DNA from: Mobula hypostoma
Lineage: Eukaryota
Reading direction: 5' to 3'
DNA: 64,000 bases
NCBI RefSeq assembly: GCF_963921235.1
Contig: NC_086097.1
Span: forward strand, 74,340,001-74,404,000
Made by a program: the position numbers and the translations under genes. Below are positions 51,480 to 64,000 of this stretch, in pieces. Each line of letters opens with the position of its first letter. The first letter of the stretch is position 1. The notes beneath the pieces are model-generated. The model was not told where the DNA came from. It made no database searches and saw nothing but the letters and a program-made list of their open reading frames with translations.

Positions 51480-53215
51480 AAACATGGTGAACGCCTACCG
51501 TTCTATGCCCGGACCACATTTTGGTGAATCTGATCACTTGACTATCCTTCTCCTACTTGCATACAGGCAGAGCCTGACGAGCAAAGGTCCAAAGATGAGG
51601 ACAACATAAAAGGTGGTCGCAGGAGGGAAAGGAACAGCTACGGGATTGTTTCACGTCGGTGGACTGGGCTGTGTTCAAGGACTCATCTGTGTATCTGAAT
51701 GAATACACCATGGTTGTCACAGACTTCATTAAAACTGCAGACGAGCATGTCCCCACAAAATCATTCAGAGCCTTCCCCAACCAGAAGTCCTGGATGAACC
51801 ATGAGATCCACAATCTGCTGAGGGCCAGGTCAGTGGCACACGAGTCCGGTGACCAAGAAAGTTACAAGAGATCCAGGTACGATCTCCGGAAAGCCATTTC
51901 ATGGATAAAGTACCAATTCCAGACTAAACTTGAATTAACAAACGATGCTCGACAGTTCTGGCAGGGCTTGAATGTTATTAAATCTTATAAAATAACATAG
52001 GCAACAACAAGGTTTCACTTCCAGATAAGCTCAATGCCTTCTATGTTTGCTTTGAACATCAAAACATGGAGGAACCATCAGGAACTCCTACAGACTCCAA
52101 TGATCCTGTGATTTCAGTCTCAGAGGCTGACATGTGAGCAGTCTTCAGGAGGGTGAACCCCCGAAAAGAAGCCAGCCCAGATGTGGTTTGTGGCCAAGTA
52201 CTAAATACCTGATCACCTGGCTGGAGTGTTCACTGATATCCTTAACCTCTCACCTTGGCAGTCTGAAGCAAGCAGACTTCATTTTTACCAGTGCTTAAGA
52301 AGAATGTGGTAATCTGCTTCAATGATTATCACCCAGTAGCACACACATAGAACATAGAACATAGAAATTTACATTACTGGCCCTTCGGCCCACAATGTTG
52401 TGCCGACTATGTAATCTACTTGACAGACTGCCTAGAATTTCCCACTCGCATAGCCCTCTATTTTTAAAAGCTCCATGTACCTATCTCAGAAGCTTTTAAA
52501 AGATCCTATTGTATCCATTTCCACCACTGCCACTGAAGGTGCGTTCCACGCACCCACCACTCTGTGTGTTAAAAACTTATCCCTGACATCCCTTCGGTAA
52601 CTATTTCCAAGCCCATTTTGTGTGCGTTGACAGCAGCACCTCTACTTCCTTGGGAGTTTACAAAGAGTTGTTATGACATCTAAAACTTTGACAAACTTCT
52701 ATGGAAGTGTGGTGGAGAGTATATTGACTGCCTGCATCACTGCCTGGTATGGAAGCACCATGCTTTTGATAGGAAAATCCTACAAAAAGTAGTGGCTACG
52801 GTACAGTTGAGGTCATGCTCTCTTCTCGCCACTGCCATCAGGAAGAAGGTACAGGAGCCTTCGGACTCAGACCTCTAGGTTCAAGAAGAGGTACTACCCC
52901 TCAACCACCAGGCTCTTGAACCAAAGGGGATAACAGCACTCAACTTCACTTAGCCCATCATTGAAATGTACCTGCAACTTATGGAGTCACTTTCAAGGTC
53001 TCTTCATCTCAAGTTCTTGATATTTACTGCTTATTTATTTATTTGTTTATGTTTGTCTTTGCACGGTTGTCTTTTGCACGCTGGCTGAACACCCATGTTG
53101 GTGCAGTCTTTCATTGATTCTATCATGGTTATTATTTCACTGTGGATTTATTGAGTATTCCTGCAAGAAAATAAATCCCAGGGTTGTATATGTTGTAAAT
53201 TTACTTTGAATTTTG
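51480..53215 (+). mobile_element. Internally deleted Rex1/Babar-type LINE
   Basis: HFGESDH, VDWAVF, FPNQKSWM, NDYHPVA and 3' motifs homologous to 2560-5300; RT core missing. Confidence 0.8.
52346..52612 (-). mobile_element. CR1 3' fragment inside the Rex copy
   Basis: (catagaa)n tail, ggcccttcggcccacaatgttgtgccg. Confidence 0.85.
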
Positions 53216-53509
53216 ATTTTCATTCACATGAAACTTGATAATGTGACCTTGAATCCCTTAAGTCTATTAAAATTTGCAGGTCTCGGCATCCCAAAAACAT
53301 TATTGTTTTCAAATACAATCTGCTGAATTTCTTCTCCAATTTCTCAACAATGTGAAAAGTCATTAGTGTGCAATGTAAAAATGGAATTAAGCATAATCAG
53401 CTGAGGTTTCTGATATTTCTAACCACAAACTGCTTTCCAGCAAAGACTTCTAACAACAGTACATCACACCCACGATTGATAAATGATTCAAACAATGCAG
53501 CATTTCTTT

Positions 53510-53725
53510 CACTTATTTTTATTTAGAGATACAGCATGGTAACAGGCCCCTCCAGCCCAACAAGCCCACATCATTTAATAATACCCACGTGGGAGGAAAC
53601 TGGAGCACCTAGAGAAAACCGAGATGGTCACGGGGAGAACATACAAGCTCCTTAAAGACAGCAGCATAATTGAACCTGAATCGCTGGTGCAGTAACAATG
53701 TTATGTTAACCGTTACACTGCCGCG
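53510..53725 (-). mobile_element. V-SINE-type SINE
   Basis: gtgggaggaaactggagcacctagagaaaacc core on the reverse strand. Confidence 0.7.
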
Positions 53726-53916
53726 CTATCCCCTTGTTCATACTTATTTGAAAGATCCAAGGAACATTTTCTTTCCTCAGGATTATGTGCAGCAGTCAGC
53801 CTCACTTCAAGATCGCAGATTCATTCTATTGTTGTGATGAGGACAAAGAGGATTACACATCAGAACACTGGCCTCCAGACATAGTTTAGACAAAGCTGGA
53901 CATCGAAATCCATTTT

Positions 53917-55178
53917 AACATAGAACATAGAACAGTACAGCACAGTACAGGCCCTTCGGCCCACAATGTTGTGCCGACCCTTAAACCCTGCCTCCCATAT
54001 AACCCCCCAACTTAAATTCCTCCATATACCTGTCTAGTGGCCTCTTAAATTTCACTAGTGTATCTGCCTCCACCACTGACTCATGCAGTGCATTCCATGC
54101 ACCAACCACTCTCTGAATAAAAAACCTTCCTCTAATATCCCCCTTGAACTTCCCACCCCTTACCTTAAAGCCATGTCCTCTTGTATTGAGCAGTGGTGTA
54201 CTGGGAAAAAGGCGCTGGCTGTCCACTCTATCTATTCCTCTTAATATCTCATATACCTCTATCATGTCTCCTCTCATCCTCCTTCTCTCCTAAGAGTAAA
54301 GCCCTAGCTTCCTTAATCTTTGATCATAATGCATACTCCCTAAACCAGGCAGCATCCTGGTAAATCTCCTTTGTACCCTTTCCAATGCTTCTTCCACATC
54401 CTTCCTATAGTGAGGTGTATGGGGTGACAGGGAGGGGTAGCACCTCTGGTGGGGGAACATGTCGTGTCCTTTTCAAGGCAGTTAGTCCACCTTTGGTCCC
54501 CACCTGGCACTCAGCTCTCACCTGTGGCTCCCCATAGCTGTTTGCATGCAACAGCAGCCATACCCCGGGCAAGGGCTTCGACAAGCCGGCTAAACCAGGT
54601 GAGGGTAGCCAACGGGTCTCAAACCCTCGGTGAGATAGGGAGTTGTCTATCCCAGCATGTGAAGACAGACTCCGGCAGATTGAGCGGACGAGCTCAATGG
54701 AAGGTCCAACGGTCAAGAAGGCGGTGTCTGCAAGTGTCATGGAACGTGTAGAGCAGGACAAGACACAGAAGATGTCCTGATCATCCACTGCGCCTCGTCC
54801 TAGCTCCAGCCATCTCGACTCTGTCTTGCCACTGGATCCAGATGGGAATTGGGAAGAGAGTGTGAGGCTGACGCTGCGTAACTCTCCCTCACTTAAATCC
54901 AAATCATGCACTAGTCTCGACACCATCACCATAGTGTCGAGGTCCTCATCGATGTCGACGATGGATGAACACTTAGTGAGGCGACCAGAACTGGACACAG
55001 TGCTCCAAGTATGGCCTAACCAGAGTTTTATGGAGCTGCATCACTACCTTGACTTATGATAGCTAACACCCCATAAGCTTTCTTAACTACCCTATCTACT
55101 TGTGAGGCAACTTTCAGGGATCTGTGGACATGTACCCCCAGATCCCTCTGCTCCTCCACACTACCCAGTATCCTGCCA
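53917..55178 (-). mobile_element. Young 5'-truncated CR1, interrupted at 54416-54973
   Basis: (catagaa)n tail; ORF 53981..54277 RGDMIEVY...TRGH...FFIQRVVGAWN; RPYLEHCVQFWSP region at ~54980-55020. Confidence 0.92.
54416..54973 (+). mobile_element. Non-autonomous, probably RTE-derived retroposon
   Basis: 8-bp TSD tagtgagg (54408-54415, 54974-54981); CpG-rich; no coding capacity; RTE assignment and strand are from recollection only. Confidence 0.75.
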
Positions 55179-55236
55179 AGAATTTCCTTGGTACACTGTT
55201 TTGCTGGTATCAGTTAATTTCCCAGAAGAATATTTT
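55176..55236 (+). repeat. 61-bp exact copy of 56116-56176
   Basis: ccaagaatttccttggtacactgttttgctggtatcagttaatttcccagaagaatatttt at both sites. Confidence 0.95.
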
Positions 55237-58200
55237 GTAGAAAAAGAAATGATATTTATACACAGATAATTAGTGGGAATTCAAATGCACATTTAAATCT
55301 GGAAGAGTAAAAGTGATAGATCATAATGAAGTTTTTAAAACAGTTTTAAATATGCCTTCAAGAATCATCATTGAAATAATGTAGCCACCGGAGTGGTGTT
55401 CTATTTTTTAAGCAGTCAGCCCATATCTGTTTTACATAAAGGACCCACAGTAAGACAGGGCCCCTCCACTTGATCAAGTCAATGCAAAGCTCTTTACAAA
55501 GCTCTGGTTGAGTCTTTGGTCTTCCTTCTTTGCAAGTTAAATTGTTTATTTGTATATTGTGTATTCCTTACTTCTTCAGTCGTGTATTAATTGGATTTGG
55601 AGTGTTGTATTATTATTATAAACCATTTATGTCAAAATGTCATGCAAATTACATAGATTCACTCTTCAGAAAATGAAATTATAAACATTTGAGGTTTTAC
55701 AAACTTATAATAATGCACAAATGATTTTATTGCTTCATTATAACAAGAGATTTAGGCATTTACACATATCTGATAAAACAATTTTGAAACATATTTTAAT
55801 AATACTTCATTATGCTGAATATCTCTGCAACAAAATAACTGCAAATTAAAAGGCATTGCTGTGTGTAGTTTTTATCCTTCCTCTGCTTTCTGTTAAATTT
55901 ACAATACTTCAGGCTGCAGGGAACAAGCTGGACAGCATCATCAATCACACATTTATTGACATATGATGAAACCTGACCAGTGTGGTGATATTTTAATAAG
56001 ACAAGCATTAAAACCTTCAAATAAATTGCAATTTGAAAACAGAACATAATACTGGCAAAGTTTTTCTCATCCATCTTACAACATGTCATGTAATGTAATT
56101 GCGTTGTTAATTTATCCAAGAATTTCCTTGGTACACTGTTTTGCTGGTATCAGTTAATTTCCCAGAAGAATATTTTTCTTCTCTCAGGGTAGAGTAATGT
56201 TTCTGCTTAGGATGGCATTAGGCAGAGAGCTAATCAAACCTCTGAAGATCCTGACACATTATCAATGACTCCCCCACTCATTTCGACTCATCTAGCGTCA
56301 GGCCAATGCAATCACCCTGTTCACCATCATTAGCGACTCTGACAGCAGGATTGCTCAGAAGGCCTGCGGATGATATCAATAATATCGACAGAAGAGTTTG
56401 GGCCATTTAAGAACAGAAAGTACTGGCACTCAAAAGGACAAAACTTATTTCAAATCACCGCCAAGGATGTGTGGGTAGAGCTTTGACAAGAGCAACAGAA
56501 TGCAAGAGCCCAAAAATCAATAGGGAGGAGCTAAAATGTACTGTGATGATTTGAACACTGTTAAACTGATTAGATGATCATTTTTCTGAATGTATTCCTC
56601 AGGAGATGGAATCTTGCAAGTTTGTTAACATGTCAGTCTCTAATGTTTGAAGACAAGCTGATGGCCAGAAACAACATAGTTCCCACCTTAGAGAAGCAGC
56701 CCTTCAAGGATTTTAAGACACCTAATTTTCTGTGACTTCAAAGTAAATGTCAAGTACCATTCACCATTGTTACTTTAACCTGTGCCAATCACATAAGGCG
56801 GAAAAGTGGATTTCACCACTTCCTGCTTATAGATTCACCATTTTGAGAATGACAGACTGAAGATGGGAATAAGGAAGCAGTGAACTTGGCATCATCATAT
56901 TCAACATGCTGCTGGCACAGATTTTTCACTGAAAATCAAATTTCATCCACCATGTCATTTCTGGTTTGCAGGGAGGATGGGGGAGGGTAAACTAATACCA
57001 GAAAAAAAACCTCACAAAATGGCAGTGTGTTGAATTATTCATGAAGAGAATACATACTAATAAATACGTTTGGTTTTTATTTATAAACAGATCTTCAAAA
57101 AAGGCTATTTTTACAAACATGATTTCATTATTCATTGAATCAAGCTTTTCTAAAGCATAAAGCAAAAAAAACTAATGAACAATCATGAAAGTAAAATGGC
57201 TGGCACTGCAAGAAGAATTAATGCTAAATACTGCTATTGGACACAAATATACATTGGAATGAAATAATATGAGATGCAGAGACTTCCAAATTCAGAGAGG
57301 TTCTTTTCTAAGTTTAACTCAAAGATTGGATGATTTCCAAATCACTGCTCTGCATGATGTAAAATCCAACATTAGAGGTAAAAGATAATTGAGTACACGA
57401 CAGATTAAACTGCTGATCATTTTGTTTATCTTGCTATTTCAAATGTGCAGAAACACACATGTATGTACAGATAAACATATGAAACACACACATGGAATTT
57501 GATATGTCAACAGTGATTTAAATTCATGGAGACTTTTAGGGTTCAATTAATAAGCTATTTTGTTGCAAGAGGTACAAGAATTTGCTTCCCTCCTCACCAG
57601 GAGATCGATCGGGGGTTCTGGCTAGAAGTATTGCAGAGTGAAAGAGGTTCAGTCCACTCATTTGTACAGTGTAACTGAACTTCGAAGTTCAAAAGACTGC
57701 ATAAAACAGAGCCATTGATTGTAGGCTGGTGGCGCTGTATGAAAAGGAATAAATCACCAGACCTTATTTCAGGAATCATAAGACCAAGGCAGTTATGGCT
57801 CATTTAAAGCCAAGTCAGGATGCATTGCTGGTCCTTACCTTTGTATGAAATAGTAGAAAATATCTTCTATCGTATGTGACACTAATGTAGACATATTCAA
57901 ACAGAGCTGCCAGGCATTTATTGAAGCTAGAGGCTTATTTCATGTTTTAAAGCACCTTTCATTTATGGAAACAGAATTTGAAAACCTGAGACAATTGCTT
58001 CCCAGTTAAGGCATGATAGATTTCACAGATTAAAGAAAAACAGATCTAAACCTAAAAGACAAAAAAATTGCTTTTAGGAAATATTGTCACATGAGAAACT
58101 CCAGAATTGTAAGTATGAGAAATTATATACCCTGGTTTTCTTTATATAGATACTTATTCCGTATGTTGCATCACCTAAAGGATGACGGGTTTGGCAGCCA

Positions 58201-58329
58201 CATTTAACAGACAGTACGTGAGAAAGAAATGAGGTGGGATGATAAGAACATTGTCATTCCACTAAAGAAATGTCATTGAGGGATACGTCAGTTCTCTTGA
58301 TGAGTAAATTGGTCTTGGTTCAGATGTTC

Positions 58330-58990
58330 ACTTGGTTTGATCAGAACCAAGTAAAAGCCATTCAGAACTGGATATCAGTAGCAGGAGAAATGCTATAATC
58401 TATTATTAAGGCTACGGTAACAAGGCTTAGGAAATCATAATACGATTGGGGGTGACTCCACACAGATTTATGAAAGCAAACAGTTTTTGACAAATCTGTT
58501 TGAATTTTTGGATCTTGAAGCAAACCTTTTGGTGAACCAAGTGATGTAACATAATTAGATATCCATAATGCACTCATTAAATTTCTTCAAAAACATTATT
58601 ATATAATATTATATTATATCCAATATGTTCAGGAGTATCATATTCATTTAGATCCAGGGTGCATTAATGGAAAGAAAACATTTTTGTGTTCGTAGGGTAC
58701 ATCTAGCAAGAGAAAAATAGCAGAAGTATATATACTTCGCCCTCATCAATATTTAATCAGAAAACATAATTTTGATGAGGGGACTGAATATGATGCATAC
58801 AAGTTTGCTTATGATATGAAGTACAAATATGAACTGTGAGAAAAGAACAAAGAAACCGCAAGGGGATTCAATATGTTAAGTGGATGGTCAAAAAACGGCA
58901 GGTGTGTATGTAATATGAAGTAACTGAAGCCATTTACCTTCGACATTGATAGGAAAAATGGAAAAGTAGAAAAATGAGATGAATTGAAAA
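58330..58990 (+). mobile_element. Very old CR1 RT remnant
   Basis: Decayed matches to TNLxEFF and LSGWSKxWQ-type segments. Confidence 0.45.
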
Positions 58991-59009
58991 ATACACTCAT
59001 TTAAAATAT

Positions 59010-59330
59010 ACTCTTAAAAATACTGAGTGTATTTTTGTGGATTTCTGCTGCTTCAAGGTTCAACATGTTGTGCATTCAGAGATGCTCTTCTGCACACCAC
59101 TGTATGTTTATATAAGTTACTGTTGACTTCATGTCAGATTGAACCAGTCTGGCCATTCTCCTCTGATCTCTCTCAGTAACAAGATATTTTCGCCTACAGA
59201 ATAGCCACGCACTGGATGCTTTTTGTTTCTCACATCATTCTCTGTGACTCTAGAGACTGTTGTGCATGAAAATCCTAGGAGATGAGCAATTTCCAAAAAA
59301 CTCAAACTACCCTGTCTGGCACCAAAATTA
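59010..59330 (-). mobile_element. Tc1-like transposon remnant (N-terminal HTH)
   Basis: ORF 59129..59407: GARQGSLSFLEIAHLLGFSCTTVSRV resembles the Tc1 DNA-binding domain. Confidence 0.6.
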
Positions 59331-59379
59331 ATGTAAGTAAGTAGTGCAAAAGAGAGTAAAAAAAGAGAAAAAAATAAGG

Positions 59380-59625
59380 AGGTAGTACTCATGGATTCAT
59401 TATCCATTCAGAAATCTCATGGTGGAGGTGAAGATGGTGTTCCTGAAACATTGAGTGTGTGTCTTTTGGCTCCTGTACCTTTTCCTAGATTGTAGCAATG
59501 AGAAGAGGGTGATGGGCGTCCTTAATAATGGATGCCGCCTTTTTAGGGCATCCATATTTTGAAGTTGTCTTTGATGCTGGGAGGCTAGTGCCCATGATGG
59601 AACTGGCTGAATTTACATCTTTCTG
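59380..59625 (-). mobile_element. Rex1-type LINE 3' fragment
   Basis: Reverse complement of 5065-5290 (ggcggcatccattattaagg, aggtacaggagcc). Confidence 0.75.
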
Positions 59626-59859
59626 CCACTTAACTAGATTCCTGGCATTGTAGGATTTGTATTATGAAGAGAGATTAAATGGATAATGCATATATTTGCA
59701 AGAGTTTAAAAATAGTGATTTGTTAGTTTGTCTTTATTGATGCATATAAATTTCTTTGGTGGATGCTTCAATCGATATTCTAAGGTGCCAACACTGTTCA
59801 TTATAGTACACTGCTGGTTACTGCAGTCCACCAGAAGAAAGGACCAATTCATTTGTGTT

Positions 59860-60650
59860 TTTTTTCCCTCTATCTGTCAAACAAATTTTACAACCCATGC
59901 CAATGTATTATTCCCAATTCCCTGTGCTTTAATTGTACACACTAATCTTTTTTGTGGCCCTTTTCCAAAGGCTTTCTGAAAATCCAAGAACATCACAGCA
60001 GTTGTTCCCCCTTTTTTATTTTACCAGATTCGTTTTCAAATATCTACTGTTGGCTTGTTCAACATGATTTTGTTTCAGAAATCCATATTGACTTTGTTTA
60101 ATCCTGTTGATATTTTTCAAGTCTCCTGTTATCTTAGTCTTTTATTATGTCCTCGGGTACCTTTCTCTGAAGTTTCTGTTTTCTCTCTCCTTTTTTAAAT
60201 GGTAGGATTACATTTGCCAATCTCTAATCTTCAGGAAGTGCTCTAGAATCTCTGGAACAAAAGATAAGATCATAACAAAATAGGAGCAGCATTAAGCCTC
60301 CTGGCTCTTCAATTTTTCCCTGCCATTTAAAATAACCATTGCTGATATTCCCCAGGCTTCATCACCTCGTTAGCTCCAGTTCCTCATTGCCCTCAATTCC
60401 CCAATCTTTCAAATAGAATTCTATCTCTAATGGGCAACTCTTTACGTTTAAGTTCTAGTTGCCATTTAAAGATTCTGTCACAGGAAGAAAGGTCTTCTCC
60501 ACATCCATCTGTCATCAATCTAGTATGTTGCAATCAGGTCAACTTACACTCTTCAAAACTCCAATGGATATACCAAAGCCTTTCCTCAGAATATATCCCA
60601 TCCATTCCAGGTATTTGTCCAGTGAACCTTCCAGTGCTTAGCACCTTCCC
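59860..60650 (-). mobile_element. Old CR1 fragments
   Basis: Similar to 17400-17830 and 16340-16760. Confidence 0.55.
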
Positions 60651-62059
60651 TTCAATAAGGAAACCAATACCAGACACTGGAGACACTGCAGATACTGGCA
60701 TCTAGAATGCAGTCGGTCAGCAGCATAGATAGAGACAAAGGGATAGTCAACGCTTTATGTCAAGATCCTATACCAGGACCGAGATGGAAGATAGCCAGTA
60801 CAAAGTGGCAAGAGTGTGGGATGAAACAAAGGCTGATACACACGCAAGAGACTTTAGGCAGATGGCTTCAGGTGGAAGGGGCAGCTCTTTCAGTTTACAC
60901 CAGGGCAGTGGAGAAGACCAAAGGCAGATAGATCGTAATGAGAATGGGGCACTGAAATGTCATACAGCTAGAATCTCAAGGTGGCCATTATGATTCCCTC
61001 CTTCTTTGCCCCATGTTATCACCTAATCAGCTCATCCATCTCTCATTGTTTAGATACTAGGTCTTTTTTTAAATTTTTCCTGCCATTGAGGAGCAGCAGC
61101 AGCTGCTGATAGGAATAGCCAATTCCATCCAATTGCTGGCTTTCTAAAGCATCTCGATGATCGCTGTCGTCCAAGCCTTCACTCAAATGAAATAATCTGT
61201 ATGAATGAAAATGCCCTGCTTCAGTTAGCAATGTGTCCACAGCCACTGGTTCTGCATTTTCCAGACTTACGTTTGTTTTCCAGGGGACAACCATGACAAT
61301 TGTATTTCATGCTGTTTGAGATCAAAATGACCTTTGAAAGATCCACCTGAACACTGATGAATCCACTCAGACTAATTGTGCTGTGAAAAAAGCTGAACTT
61401 TGATACAATATAGTTCATGTGATGCCAAGTTGAGTTCTGAGCATAAAATGGATATCCTGGAAGAAGTGGGACAAATTGGAAAGTGTGCTGCTGTACAACT
61501 GGTACAAAGTCTTAACTGAGTGTTGCATATTTCCAAACCACAGTGAACAGGAATGCTGTGGAAAGAAGGTTAGAAGAACGTCAGGATGGTAGAAGAACAG
61601 TTTTCAGAATGTAACCCAGAAGATATACTTACCAAAATGCCAGCCAGGGTGATTGATCTGCTAACATTTATATTGTTAGCTAAGTGGCTTTGCTGCGCTC
61701 TGCATGTCAGACACAAAGTAACCTCCGAGGAGTCACCACGACTTTCTGTTCTCATTAACCTGGCCTAGATTTGTTGTTAACTTATTCTGAACAATCACGA
61801 AGAAATTATCAGCACAAATTAAATGTAAACAATTCACTTCCCCACTTGATATGACTGAAGCTAATATTGTTTAAATACTGGGAACGCTCATCAAGTCAGG
61901 AAGCACCTGCTGAGATAGAAACAGGTAATGCTTCAGCTCTATAGCCTTTCATGAGAATCTGTTGATCAGATCAGGCTGAAGCATCTGCCATTTATGAATT
62001 TGTGTTTCCAACATCACCAGTGTTTTGCTTTTAGATTTTTGGTTTGTTGTTGCATTTGG

Positions 62060-62632
62060 CATACAGGCATCCCAGTATTTATTGCCTGTCCCAAACCACC
62101 ATTGAGAAGGTGGTGATAACAGTGCCAATATCTATCAGCTGAAGACACTCTGTCTGTGGTGTGGGGAATCCAGCAATGGTGAGTTACTACTAAGTCAGGA
62201 AAGGGTGCAGTTTAAAGTGAAGTATACGGGTGATGATGTTACCATATTCCCAGCAACCTTTATTTCCTTTTGGTGGCACAGGCTGAGGTTTGGGGAAGGC
62301 TGTCTACAAGTAACTGTAGTGCATTTTATACATGGTATACTCTGCCATCATGATGCGCCAGTGGGAATAAGTATTTAGGGCGGTGGCTGAAATGACAAGT
62401 TAGTGAGTAGTTTTATCCTGAGTGGTAATGAGCTTCTTGAGTGTTGTTTGACCAGAACCGATCCAGGGTATTCCATTAGACTCCTGATGCTTTGTTTTGT
62501 GGCAAGTGTTTAGTGTGTAAGGAAATGAGTCGCATACCACACGATGCACAATATCAACCCTGACTATGCAACCTAGAGACAATACTGCGACCACCTGATC
62601 AGATTAGATTGGTATAGATGCCTTGCCAAGGA
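62060..62632 (-). mobile_element. Old copy of the CR1/L2-group LINE seen at 1050-2222
   Basis: cagtatttattgcc...ttgagaaggtggtg is the reverse complement of ~2143-2186; TTLKKLITTQDK in ORF 62400..62594. Confidence 0.7.
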
Positions 62633-62645
62633 TAAATCTTGACAA

Positions 62646-62778
62646 CCAAGAGAAAATCTGCAGATGCTGGAAATCTGAGCAACACACACAAAATGCTGGA
62701 GGACCCTTTGACTGCACTCTTTTCCGAGATGCCGCCTGGCCAGCTGAGTTCCTCAAGCATCTTATGTGTGTTGCTCGG
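62646..62778 (-). mobile_element. Penelope mini-insertion with fold-back end
   Basis: TSD taaatcttgacaa (62633-62645, 62779-62791); gagcaacacacacaaaatgctggagg inverted against cctcaagcatcttatgtgtgttgctc. Confidence 0.85.
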
Positions 62779-64000
62779 TAAATCTTGACAAATTGATTCT
62801 GATGGCAAAATGTCGAAGGAACCCGAGAAATGTTGTTTTCTAACATGATGATTATTTATTAATTTGTTTTCGCTAATAAATCATGTATCTTTCTTGATTC
62901 CTTTTTACTGATTTGCCAACTTTCTTAAAAGTAACATCTTGTAAGGTCAGTAAGGTCCACAAGTCATCATGCCTGCAACTAGACAGACAACATTTGAACT
63001 CGTTTGGTATTGACAATCGCCTGCTGATTCCCAATGCCTGCTGGTGAGATGGGGGAGTGGGGTGCATTACAAGTGGATACATACAAAATGAACGGAACCA
63101 CAAAGACACAATACAACATATTCCTCAATCTGGGACAGAATGGGTGTACAGACCAGCAGACCAAACTAAGGAAACTCAGTTACAACTTTACAGTAGTGAT
63201 TAAAGCAATTATAGAAATACATAAATTACGTGCCTCCGATATCTGACTGGAAAACCTCTTAATTGATCTTGAGGGTCCAATCAGAGAGGAAGTTGTGACC
63301 TTCAAGCACATGTGTCCCATAAGCTAACGGGGAGCGACTGCAACAATAACAGAATGTTGACAGCCGAGGCTACTGCTAAAACATCTGCTGTATTCACACA
63401 TCTGAAGACTCTGAGGGAAACAAACCCAAGTCCTTCCGCCAGAATTCACTTTGATGTCTAGATTCTGGGAAAAAAACTCAGAATGGCATTAAGCTGCACT
63501 TGTAGGACATGAGCTCCCAAGACAACTGAACCAGGATGCCCTAGGAATTTAGATCCATAAGCTTTATTTAGCTTCAGTCAAAAAATTCCAATCCTTCTTG
63601 TAATAGATCTGGTCATTTCTTACAAGAAAAGTCCGGTCACCAATTATCATATCCTGGATGCCTTTGTCAGCTCTGATGTCTGATGCCAGAGTTTTCAGGG
63701 AGTGGAAAAGCAATGATGGTGACAGACGGTATCCTTCTTGCATGCAACAGTAATCCCCTGGATTGTGACACATATCCATTTGCTGCTACCATTAAGTGCC
63801 TCTGTATGACAGCTATCAATCTGCTAGTGTACATCTTTGCCAAGAGTTCATTGACTAGATCCACTCAGTTCCACGGAGGGCCTTTATTTGCATCAAAAGT
63901 ACTGGCAGTTGATGGATAACTGATTATGAATTGTAGCATGGTTGAAGTGAAGCACGTGACTTCTGGAACAAAAGCAGAAAAGTTTCCATAATTCCAGCAA

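Noticed and set aside
54405..54998. 197-aa minus-strand ORF
   Set aside because: Coincides with a TSD-flanked non-coding insert and crosses its borders; no motif.

Overview
Eukaryotic (vertebrate) genomic DNA, AT-rich and dense in repeats. The repeat families (CR1 with CATAGAA/CATAAGA tails, Rex1/Babar, V-SINE-type tRNA SINEs, Neptune-type Penelope) suggest a cartilaginous fish, probably a ray; this is inference only. I could not identify any intact host exon, so the window is probably intronic or intergenic. Most ORFs in the track are decayed transposon fragments or spurious. The standout is a compound locus at 45,113-51,428. It is a minus-strand Gypsy-type LTR retrotransposon with 186-bp LTRs, an ATGGC target duplication, a tRNA-Leu PBS and a PPT. 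Its RT, RNase H and integrase core are replaced, in frame, by an apparently intron-free ~400-bp piece of the host adaptor gene SH3KBP1/CIN85 (Pro-rich tail plus coiled coil). A near-full-length Penelope-like element carrying two minimal hammerhead ribozyme motifs later inserted into its protease region. Other notable items: a family of tiny Penelope-terminus insertions with 11-14-bp TSDs and fold-back ends; a 28-unit minisatellite grown from a CR1 3' end; a 61-bp templated duplication at a CR1 5' junction; a TRIM-like mini LTR element; a 1.3-kb solo LTR; and RTE/Rex-derived non-autonomous elements. Family names come from recalled motifs, not database searches. Boundaries of old repeats are approximate.
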